From positions 682,001 to 746,000 of the forward strand of contig NW_026515670.1 of NCBI RefSeq assembly GCF_025526975.1: a stretch of 64,000 nt of DNA. The letters are read 5' to 3'. The notes beneath the pieces were generated by a model, which worked only from the letters and a program-made list of their open reading frames with translations, did no database searches and was not told where the DNA came from. Each line of letters opens with the position of its first letter. The first letter of the stretch is position 1. Shown one piece after another: positions 41,057 to 52,199 of this stretch. Source of the stretch: Fimicolochytrium jonesii. Its lineage: Eukaryota. Position numbers and translations under genes: made by a program.

Positions 41057-43812
41057 CGTTTCGTTGAGCGTTTTGAGACTGGTATGGAGAGTAGTGCGAT
41101 GCTGCTGAGATGGAGCTATCGAATGTGGATTGATGTAGAAGTTTTGCAGAAGAGAAGCGAGGCTGTGAAGGCAGGTAGTCCGGTTTTATCGGAGGCGATG
41201 GTGGATTGGAAGTGCTGATGATGGCAACCAGGTCGGAAGGGTATTGCCCGTTGCCAAGTTTGAAGATGCAATATGGTATGGATACGAGGAGGGGCAGGAC
41301 GGAGCGGGCGGGGTTGGGTTTTTCTTTTGTGCAGATCCACTTGGAGGGCGAGGAGGAATGGGGGGAAGGAAACGTGATGGGGTTGACGTGTTCGGAGGAC
41401 TGGCTGCGGCGGGCGGCGGGGGGGACAAGCGTAAACCGGAAGAACAAGGAAGGCGAACAAAGGCGAAAGCGGATGACTCTGGCTAGCTTTTGCGCGAGCT
41501 TATGTGGTTGGCACGACTCTCCGAAAGCACGTTTACGCCAGAGACGTGGCTTGCCTTTTTTTGCCTAATTGCCCGAATCGGCGTGGTGATGGCGTTTTGT
41601 GGTGACTCGGCGTTACGTCTTATGATGCGGAAGTAATAATAATCAGATCTACGTATGATTAATGGCGGGTTTGCGCAACCGGGGAGCGGCTTCGCGATGT
41701 TGTGGCCGTATTATGGCGCGAGCGAGCGATTGCGTATGACTCGAGTGACTGAGCACGTAAAACGCCTGGATGGCCCGGATCTGGAAGCAGGTGTCGAATC
41801 TCCGAAGGCTTCCCTCCTTTGCCGCCGCTTGATAAACGTTTATTAGATCGCAGATAAAAACAAGGTGATGCCGCCGGGAGGTTGTAGTGGTCCAGATTCG
41901 TTCAGCACATACAGTCACCATCAATCAAATAAAACGGAGCAGATATTGGGATATGTGGTAATTCTGTGCGATTGTGTTAGGCTGGGTCTGGTTTAGCTGA
42001 TATGCATAAAAACGTTTGCCCATCGTCTTTCAAGCGATCTATATATTATCCGTGTAAATCTCATCCATGTCCTCCATTTTTACCTACGCATGCATATGAT
42101 TCCTGCATGATGCGACCTGGCGACATATCGCATCATTTGCGGGGTGAACGTGGCCAGAACGAGGGGGATTATGGATGACTTAACTGTGTCAAGTTCACCC
42201 ACTCCAGTCGTGACCCGTCAGACCCAAGTTCTCCTTGTTTATTCCCCCGCACACACGCACTCGGTCATTGGCCGCCGAACCGTAGGGCAAGTCATGCATG
42301 CCTGTTCGGAACGGATGGAAGGTTTTCAGAACAACGTTCCTTAACCCCTGAAGAGCCCATCCACGTTCAGATTCACGTAAAGAGAAAAAATGCCGGGAGG
42401 CAGACGGCCATGACGCCTGTGAATCGAACTTCCGCCCAGGATAGGAAATATTGACAGCGCGGCTCCTCATCATGCGGCATTGATGACCAGTCAGCGGATT
42501 GCTCAACTGCACGCCTTCCCCTGGCCAATCAGCCAGCAGTGTGCGCTGCGCCGTATTAGTCATGCAGGGCTCGATCGAGGCTCGGAAGATGTCTTTAAGC
42601 TCGACTTGGATATCTTGATCTTTTGGATATCTGGAACCTCAAACAGATCAAACAAATCTCATTCGATATCGCAAATCTCATGATGGAATAGAAACGTCAG
42701 TACGCCCACGTGACCTCATCACATGGCCTTAATTGGTTTTCCATCCGAGTTTGGCGCAGAGCTGTGCTTGTTGTTCTTGTTGTTCTTCCGCCACGCTATG
42801 AACGGAACTATCGCCAACGGAACTGGGCCTCGCCTACGTAACTTGCGGCGGGGGCGGAGCCCGGAGAAGGAAAAAAACCTTTTTTCGGTCAACGCCGCTT
42901 GATGCAAGGGGTTTGCAACATCGGCGACCGCGTGGTTTTTCGTTTCCGTGCCTACATACATACATAGATACCGTCCTTATTTTCTCTTGTATTCCATCGC
43001 GTTCCTTCATATTGAGCAATAGCGGCTGAAGGCTGCGCATACAACTTGAAGCTAATCAGACGTTTGGCCAACTTGACTGCGTTCCGAACTTACACACACT
43101 TGAAAAGGGGACCCCCCTCTAACTTGAGATCTAGAACGTTTGTTCATGTCGGTCATGTGGGTCGATTCATAAATTCAGCCACCGCTTACCGTCGTTGGGC
43201 AATACCAGTCAAAGACGGGATGCGGCTTATGTAATCGCGGAACGCGTGCAGGATGAGCCTGGATTGACGGTTAGGCTGGAGCCAACCCTCTTGGGCGTGA
43301 CCCGCCGCTAAAAAGCGTTTGCGGAGGAGATCCATACCTGAACCAGAGACAACGGACGGGATTCATCCTGGGGTGGGGTGGACGTAAAGCGACCCCGAGC
43401 TGTGAAGGGGGCAGGTACCTGAAGCTTATCCCGATGGAGGTGTTCCCCCATTTCTCCGAGCTGTCATTGGAAAATTCATTGTTCCGCGACCTTTGCAATC
43501 GGAAGCGCGGAGGTACGTCGGCTTCGACGAGCGCTTTATAATCCCAATGTGAGATGACGGCATGCATTACCGTCGGCCGACGAGGATAGAGTGGATGAAC
43601 GTCGGATATGATGGCAGCCTGCACGAAAACAGTCGGAGCAGAGACTTCACCCAAGACTCGGAATGGGGCTTTCGGAAAAGGATGCAGCAATACTATTGCG
43701 TAGAGAACCCTACTATGTCCAAAAACGAAGAATGAAAGATGGTCCCAAAAAAAGAAAAAGATGGAAGTGGAAGTGCCATCGTCCACTGAAGCCCTCCCGT
43801 CCCTGTTCTCCC

Positions 43813-46309
43813 TCAAGCCAAAATATTCCTCATCAAATGCGCCTGCAACCGATCCCTAGCCGTCTCCTCGATCCGTTCCGCAATGACCGGGTTCTTCTTC
43901 AACAAGGCCATGAAATCGTCCTTGCGGAACATGAACGTGGAGCATTCGGAGCGGGCGCGGATGGTCGCGGTGCGGGGCACGTCTTGCAGGAGCGCGACTT
44001 CGCCGAACCAGGCGTCGGGCCCGGAGGCGCGGTCGATCTGTTCGCCGAATTCGGAGAGGACGTCGATTTCGCCGGAGGTTAGGAAGAACATGCTGCAAGG
44101 GCGTGAAGGTGGGGAAGGAAATGGGAAATGGTGTAAGAATTTCATGTTTCTTGGGCAAGGAAGAGAATTGGACATGCGCCATTCCGCATGATCTGCATAC
44201 CTGTCGGCCTTTTGTCCACACTCTATGATCTTGTCGCCCTTTTTCCACGATTGCTGCTTCATCAAGTGCGCAAGCTCGCCAATGATCATGTCATCGACGT
44301 TGCGGAATATGCCAAGCTAGGTGAAAACAAAACGTCAGGACTGGGAGTCCACAACTCACACCCTGTTTCCCATCCGCCACGCACCTTCTTCAATTGCTGC
44401 TTGCTAACCTCAACATCAAACTGCTCAGGCGCCTTATCAACCTGCTTGCACCGTTCCTGATACAACGCAAACCGCTCATTGACAGCGTCCTGAATCTTCG
44501 CCTTGATCGCCGGATACGCCTCCTGCACCTCGATCAAGCTTTCCTTCGTCAATTTCAGAGCAAAGCACTCCTCCTTCGCCACGATACTAGCCGTGCGGTT
44601 GATGTTGAGGATGATGCCCAGCTCGCCAAAGAAGGCGCCGGGGCCGAGCTCCGCGTGCACCACTTTTTCGGCGGAGATGACGAGGGCGGACCCGCGGATG
44701 ACAAAGAAGATGCTGTCGGAGTCGTCACCAATCTGGACGATGGTGCTGGAGGGTGCGAAGGTCTCTGATGTGCACCGTTGGGCTAGTTTCTCCAGGAAGA
44801 CGTCGGGGGCTTCTGCGAAGATAGGGAGCTGCGGGATGAGGGTATCAGTAACACGCGCGAAGGACCTCCCAGTCAAGTGAAGGCTGTGATTCTCACCTTG
44901 GTAATATCCTGCCTTGCGATATTGGCAATAAACTCCATTCCAAATGCGGCCTTGTATTCGCGGGTAGACCACCACTTCTCGCGGTCATGAGCGAACATTT
45001 CCACGCGCTGTTTAAGATCCGGATACGATTGCAACGTGTCGTGGATCTTTTGCTTGGTGACGACCACGATATGGCAATCGGTCGATGCGCGGACGTTGGC
45101 CGTTCGTGGTTTGTCAAACACTGGCGAGGAGAGTCCAGACCGCGGTCAGTTGGAGCTATCTTAACAATTGCAGGGCATGAAAGAGGTACTCACAGACGCC
45201 CAGCTCCCCGAAGAAAGATCTGTCGCTTAGAGTCGCTAATGGTTCTTCGGCTTCCCCTTCCACAACCGCGGCCATTACATGGACATCGCCTTTTGCCAAG
45301 AAATAAATCTCCGCGCCCATCTCTCCCTTGGTTATAATCTGCTGTCCTGCTGTCCTGAACATCTGCAAGGAGACTAATGGTCAACGCCAGTGGTTTCGAG
45401 AGCATAATGCATCGCTTTCCATGCTGGAACCCCAACGGCTGAATAGACAATCTCCCGCCCGGGTGGCCTCAATAACATGGACATCTCTAGTTGAGCCTTA
45501 GATGTACTCGCCCCTCGTTGAAGTCAGCGAGCCCCATCTGCAGATGGCCAGGTCCTGTCATGCCATGACTTTCCTCCTCGTTTCCCGCCCAGTAGGTTGT
45601 ACCCACAATGATGCCGGACTCGTCGCCACCGTTCGGGTCCCTCTTCGCAACCCACCTCATAAGAAATCATAGCCAATCTGTTCAGGACCTCATCAGGAAA
45701 CTCTGCGAACAGCGAAAACATCTTCAGAAGGGCGATGGCGTCGTCGGCCGCGAAAGGGCTGCGTGCCACCGCAATATTGTTTCCTGACCCACGTCTGGAT
45801 TTCCCAACGACGGGCGATGTGGGAAACCAGGAAGCCTCTTCCTGTTTCAGTGCGGCAACGAAACCCTTTTCGCTTGTGCCACCTCCAGACGGCCCCCCTC
45901 GTGGAAGCGGTGAAGAGACGGATCCCTCGGGAAACGGAGAATACTGGTTCCCGGTCCCGGAGACGGAGAATGATTTGGCTCGCGAGACAGGTTCACCGAC
46001 GAGGCCGTGGAGCCTCTCGGCGAGCTTGACGTGGTCCGTCACCTTTGCGGAAATCTCATCGTAAGTCTTCAGCGCGTTCCTAAGCTGCTCCTGCAGATGG
46101 TTGTGCATGCTCATATGCTCGCGAAGTATTTTGTTCACGCTAACGAGTTTTGCTCGTTCAGACTCTGAGGCGTGAAGCTGTTCCCGAAGGTCCTTCATTT
46201 CCCACTCCTGATTTACAAGTTTCTCAATGATGGCCGCTCTGTCGGAAACATCTGTGATGCCGAACTCGCGGAAGTCCTTCGAAAAAGACCGGGATAGGGT
46301 CGCCGTCAT
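43813..46309 (-). CDS. Soluble protein with N-terminal coiled coil and three cyclic-nucleotide-binding domains, ~6 exons
   Basis: Phosphate-binding cassettes FFGELGVLFDKPRTANVRA, FFGELGIILNINRTASIVA and WFGEVALLQDVPRTATIRA, each preceded by an LF/IF helix and a Y/FF-x-x-x-G strand. Coiled coil EKLVNQEWEMKDLREQLHASESERAKL. ATG at 46309. Confidence 0.88.
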
Positions 46310-46928
46310 CCTGGCAGATGTGTCTCTCGACCGCGATGCGTCTTCGACGGTGTGCAATTATCGTATTTAACAGCGAGTACAGTAATCTCGCGGCTGACAG
46401 TCCTGAGTCCTCCTCCCTGTGAAGCTTCAGAGCTTACTGTTGTATGGCAATGCCCTCAGCAGGTTAGCAGCCCGAACAAAGCGACGCCGGTCCTATTCAG
46501 GCGAAATAAGCGCCGAAGCTGTTTGTGGGGCTGAGCCCTTCTCCGCGGTTATGTCGGAGGGGACCGGTCGACTGGACCCGTCTGTGAAAGAGTCCACCCT
46601 GAAGTCAAACTCACTTTAACGCCGAGAAACCGGCGGGGGATGGGTAGCCGGAATGTAAACTTGAAGGACTTGCTCGAACTGGGAACAAGAAAGTCAAAGT
46701 CGGGCAAAAGGGCAAACGCGTGAGGCTGCAGGGGTGGCACAGTCGACGCAACGCCTACAAGTTCATCAACTTGCCACTTGTGAAGAAACCTAGAAGGCGT
46801 GAAGAAACATAGTCGACCATCCGTTGAAGTGCAGGTGGGTCTCCGGCTCTCTGTGCTTACAGCTTACCGTCAGGGTTCTTGTCTTCTCTTACCGTGTTCT
46901 CCTTTGTCTTGCTTCCAGTGTCTGAAAA

Positions 46929-49581
46929 ATGTGGCATGAAGCGGTGAGAATAGCGCATTTTCCCACGATCGAATTTGGAGATGCACAAACTTCGTACTGA
47001 TACACAACGTCAACTTTGATTAGAGGAAGCAGGAGAAGCTGCTCAACGCGAAATTGGTTGACTACAAAGCTAGAGCTCAGCGGCGTGCAATCTACTACAA
47101 GGTGGAGTTCAGGAAAACCCGATATGTTTTCTCTTGACGCAGCGACTGAAAGTTCTCGACTCTATGGCTCCCAGTCCAAACTAGCAGATCCCGCTCACCT
47201 CTTACGTATCACCGGCACGCAATGTGAGTTCCCGGCTGTTGTCCTCCGAACCTTGCAAGTTTTTTCTGACGCGTTATGTGGATGATCACCAGGTCAAACT
47301 TTCCCTGACGCTCAACAGTTCTATTACAACGAGAACGAGTCGAATCTGTAAGTTTGCGAGCCATGAGGTTTCCAGGTCCATGATGTCAGGAAGCTAAGTT
47401 TCTATCGTGCTTCAGGTCAAAGTGGCAGGGCGATGGGGAGACTACAATCGACAGGTCGAATCGATGCATCTGATACAGCGAAAAGAGTTGGACAATGCAC
47501 GCGTCGCTCTTTGAGATTCCCGACGTCTTGATATTAGGTCCTGACTCCATCAATATACCCTGCCAAATGCAGATTTGACTGCCGCCAGCTGCTCGATTTC
47601 ATCCCTACAAACCGCCCGAATGACGACAACAGCGAAGGGGATGGAGAAGACGATGAGTTGAACTTCGAATGCTACAGGGATTTGTTGGAGAACGAGCATT
47701 TAGGAAGTACGTTCCTTCTAGGGCGAACGCTGAGAGATGGGAAAGTCCATTGTGTACTGATGGATGTGTCCAGAATCGGAGGAAGAGTTACTGAAAAGTA
47801 TCGATGACAACTGGAATGAGCTGCTAGTGCGGAGGAACGGTGGGGACGGATCGACATCTCAACAAGGGTATGTCGCACATCACTCGAAGCCCGCGTATTC
47901 CAGCCTCTCACTCACAGTCAGGTTCGAATGCAGCCCCGCAAAGACCGAGAAAGCAGCTATAGGATTCACCTACGCGGGCACATCCATCGCGAAGCCAAAT
48001 GAAGAGGAGGAGGACGATGACAGTTTGGACGAGGAGCCCCCCGCCGAAACGCGTCTTCCTCCTCCTAAGCCTGGCGCGAGCCTTGAGCTTGATGATGAGG
48101 ACAGTATCGCCTCCTTGAACGCTTTAGGGAAAACGTACGGCATTACAGACTTTTATGATAGTCTTCAAATATCCGTTGTGAGTGAAGGTGGAACCTCTGC
48201 GAGAGGAAGGAAGGGTTTCAAACATCAGTCCAACGCATCGCCGCCGCGGTCTCGGCGTGCTAGTCCGTCGTACGCACCGTATGCTAGGTACCGTACGTCA
48301 CTTTGGGCTGTTGATGACGGGTGCAGAGAGTCTCACAGTGGGTTGTATTTTGCAGGAGTTTGTCGCCGGCAGGCCGAAACCAAGGCATTGCGAACCAAGC
48401 CGGAGCCGAGGAGGCTGGCCCGGATGCCATGGAATTCATCACGGAGTTTGCGATCGAACCTTCCTCTGATTCGTCCAGACCAGGCAAAGGCTATGATCAT
48501 TCCGAAGAAGTATACGCCCACGAGGAACACGCAGAGAGGTGAGGAACGATGAATTTGCATCGCGCATAATTAGCAGCAGCTAAAAGAATGTTATACACGG
48601 CAGATCCCCCAATCCAGCAGGACCCTCCCGCCCACAAACCACCACCCCAGCACCACCAGCGAAAATGACAATGATGCAAAAGCTAAAAGCGAAAGCGCAG
48701 CAAGCTCTGGAAAAACAAAGTCAGATCATCGTTCGCCTGAGTATTTGATGTTTGCGAGAGTGGGGCTTTGGATGTCTTGCCGCTGTCGGCTACGCCTATA
48801 GTGATCTATGCGCTAAATTGTGCGTTCTCGGTTCTTCATTCCCATTTGGCTCCTCCTTCGTGACGCTTTGCGACGTTTTGTTAAACAGTCGCAGCGGATG
48901 AACGGATACAGGAGCGCAAAGTTGCAGAACAAAATCTTTTCCAGCGCGGGATGCAGGATTCAATTGCGGGGGCCAGTCAAAGGTGAGTCGCATTGATGGG
49001 GAGAGCCGTTGTTCGATTCTGATTCTCATCGTGCCTGTCGACTGACGATCTTCATATTCAGCGCCAGTCACGACCCATGTCCCTCCCCACCTCGCAAGGC
49101 CCGCCCACCATCCCGGTCACCCACCAGATCAGAAGGAAAGCGCGAACTGCGGTATAGGGAGCATAGAAGAAGCGAAACTCCCCAGCGGGATAGACCCACC
49201 AAATCCAGCCGTCATCGGGACAGATCTTCAACCCCAGAGCGCAGGGGATCCCGCTCGGACTACGGTCGTGAGTCAAAGCACAAACGCACCACCCGCTCAC
49301 TCTCCCGCTCCCGCTCGCGAGACCGTACCGATCGACGCCGCAACCGGCAGCGAACCGCCCCACGTGATGACCGTTACCAGTCGTCGGGGCGTCATCGATC
49401 CCCGTCCCAATCACGGTCGAGGTCAATGGAGCGACGTGATCGGCGTCGTCGGTCTTCTAGGTCGCCACCGTCACGGTACTCGACCGGTAAGGGCAGGAGG
49501 GACAGGTCCCGGTCTAGATCGCGGTCGCCCTCGAGGCGGGAGAGGAGGCAGGAGAGGTCGCCGGGGGTGCGTCGTCGGTGA
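46929..49581 (+). CDS. CLASRP: CLASRP/SFRS16-like SR splicing regulator (DRY_EERY/SWAP-N domain plus RS tail), multi-exon
   Basis: Spliced MWHEARKQEKLLNAKLVDYKARAQRRAIYYK, DPAHLLRITGTQ, WQGDGETTIDRFDCRQLLDFIP, ELNFECYRDLLENE, AAIGFTY, EFITEF, and an RS-rich C-terminus (49009-49581). Confidence 0.88.
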
Positions 49582-49939
49582 GAATGAGTTGATCATTGGG
49601 GGTTGCCCTTGTGTAGTCTGCGGGTCTTTGGGAGCAGAGTAGGATAGGAAAAGCGACACATATAGGCCTTTTCGTACTCCCAGAGGAATGGGTCTGGCAC
49701 GATGGACACGGCATGGTAAAAGCAGCCGCCCTCCTTCTGTTCTAATACCTATACCCATATCCTGATATGTCATTTCGCAATCAAATATTTACAAACAGCC
49801 ACGTGTTGTCGGTGTCGGGCTATGGAATGTCGACTTCGACTTGACGTGTAAGCGCCAACTCGAGAGCTCCGTCGAAGATCGAACTGGATGTGGTCTTTCT
49901 GCATCCCACCCTCGCTCCCTCTGCCCTTACACCGACACA

Positions 49940-51704
49940 TCAGGCCGAATCTACGATATCCACCTCATCCGTGCCCACAAAACTACTGAACCCCGTCCCG
50001 TCTTCCTCCACCAGTTGCTCCGCAAGTAGTGTGTATCGTGATGGTGGGGGCTGCAAGCGATAACAGGTCAAAATCATACGTAGAAAAGAGAGGTCTGGGG
50101 TTAAACGGAAACGTACCGGCTCAACAAGCGCCCACTGGTTGAATTCGTGTACCAGCTGTGTTGCTCGCGCGACCAAGTCCTCTGCACTAGGAACTATACG
50201 ATCCCAAAGAAGCCCATGAGTAATACATCCAAATTCCGACAACCACTTGCGCTCCGGCCCAGTACATACCACCCGCCTCAGCATCCGTCAACGCCCTGGC
50301 CTCATCCTTAGGTACGTAGTATACATGGTAGGGCAACAGTCGCTTGATGGCGTCTTCGCGGGACGTGAATGGCGTTTGGTTGGGTTTGAGGACCGCTGTT
50401 TGGTCGGCGTGGAGGGCTTCGTGCATGCTGCGTGATGATGGGGAGATGCGTGTAAGTTGATTGAGACAAAGGGGTGTTGGGGATGAGATAGTGCTATGAC
50501 GTACCGGTGCTTGATGGTGCTGATGTGCTCTTGCTGTTGTGGGGTTAGGACGGGGACGAAGGGTGCTGGGGCTAGATAGGGGAATGTCAACATGAGGGGA
50601 AGATCTAATAGTAAAATAAGCGATGATTTCCAGAATACTTACCAACTGACGCAGCTTTCGCGCGCGCCCGGTACCGCTTCGACGACGCCGCGCTCAAACT
50701 CTGTCCCGGCCGTTTCTGCGCCGAAGACGATGATGTCGACGATCCGGGTATTGCGGACCGCGGCAGCTGAGATGTCGGCGGGGTATGTATGCCTCTCGAC
50801 GGGGTTCCAATCCCACTCCCACTCCCACTCCCAGAAGTGAAGGCTGTGCGAACTCGGTTGAGAGTCGGGGTATCTTTGATGTTTGCTTTGGTCTGCTGCT
50901 GCAGTAACATCCCCGCCTGCGCCTGCGCGAGGGCCTGGATGTGCGCTTGGGAGAAGGGTTGCATGCCGTACGGGTTGTTGTACACGAGCGGTATGCTGCC
51001 TGGGTGGAACTGTGGTATTGGCCAGTCCGCTGGAGCCGTGGTGGTGGTGAGACCCTGTGGTGCCGACGCATTCGGTATAGACGTGGCCGGGAATGAGAAA
51101 TATGAAGGCGGAAAGGACGACGCACTAGAACTCGCGGGGATCTGCGGGAGCATGGGAATACTCGAAGTGAAGGACAGTGACGTTCCTGTCAGGGTCGTAG
51201 GCATACTTGTCGATAACGGTGATGACACGCTCCCAAATGCGCTGAAAGTGGAGTTGGGACCGGAGCCCAAACCTGATCCCGGGGCAAGCTGCGAGATCAG
51301 CAGCCTGCGTTCTTCCGAGGTCATGCTATCGACATCCAGATGTTTGTAGAGCTGCGGGGAACCGAGGGGCGTGGTCGGGCGTCCCAGTGCCGGAGCATTT
51401 TGCGGAGTGGAAGGTGAAAACGGAAGCAGAGGTGGTTGAGATGCCGGAGCTGCAGAGTGAACCTGATTCGCTATTTGTATAGCTGTCGCCGGCTGCTGAG
51501 AAGGCGAAGGCGAAGCCTGCTGCTGTTGAGCTAACTGGACGGCGTGCAAAAGGGCAAACTGGGTTTCAACGCCGAAGAATCGTTAGCGTGTGAAAGCGAC
51601 AAGCCTTGAACGGCGTGGAAGGGAAGGGACTTAGAGATCAGGAGTGCTGGGATAAGGGTGGAGATACATACGAAGTCCAAGTTTGTATTGTTGTTTGCGG
51701 CCAT
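49940..51704 (-). CDS. GLTSCR1/BICRA-domain protein (putative GBAF/SWI-SNF-related subunit), multi-exon
   Basis: Q/P/S-rich N-terminus plus EALHADQTAVLKPNQTPFTSREDAIKRLLPYHVY, the GLTSCR1 domain signature (DQ...L.PD...PF.S..DA..RLLPYHV). Confidence 0.8.
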
Positions 51705-52199
51705 GAGAGCAGGACGAACGCAATGGAAGGAGTGCGAGACGCTGGGAGCCTGGGAGGAACACTGGGAGGAACAGGCCAAAACACGACAAGGTCACATCTG
51801 CGCTTTCCCACGTCTCCACAACTTCCACGCCCCAGGAACAGGCTCATCAGAAGAACACAAGCTCGCGGCGAGAACGACATATATACAGGATATGCCGAAG
51901 GTTGGGAGTTGGAGGTAGCGGACAGGTTTCGACGCCACGACGCAGTGGGAAGCTGTATGGCCTGCCCCGGTATATGGCCGACGTTGTGCAGCGACGGTTG
52001 AGACCGGCGGGGGAGACCGGCAGATCCTCTTGTCGCACACTCACACGGACGAGGGGGTTGCCTGCGGGCAAACAGATTCCAAACGAACAGCGGTTGTTGA
52101 CGGGCTTTGGCCTCCGGTTTTCGATACAATGTCTTTGATCGACTGTATTCGGAATGCCAAACGATTCTATAGTGCCTAACAGCGGTCCCGGAGAGTGGG

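Noticed and set aside
43271..43816. 181-aa minus-strand ORF abutting the cNMP gene stop
   Set aside because: Non-ATG start and 3'-UTR-like composition; no domain, so not treated as a continuation of the gene.
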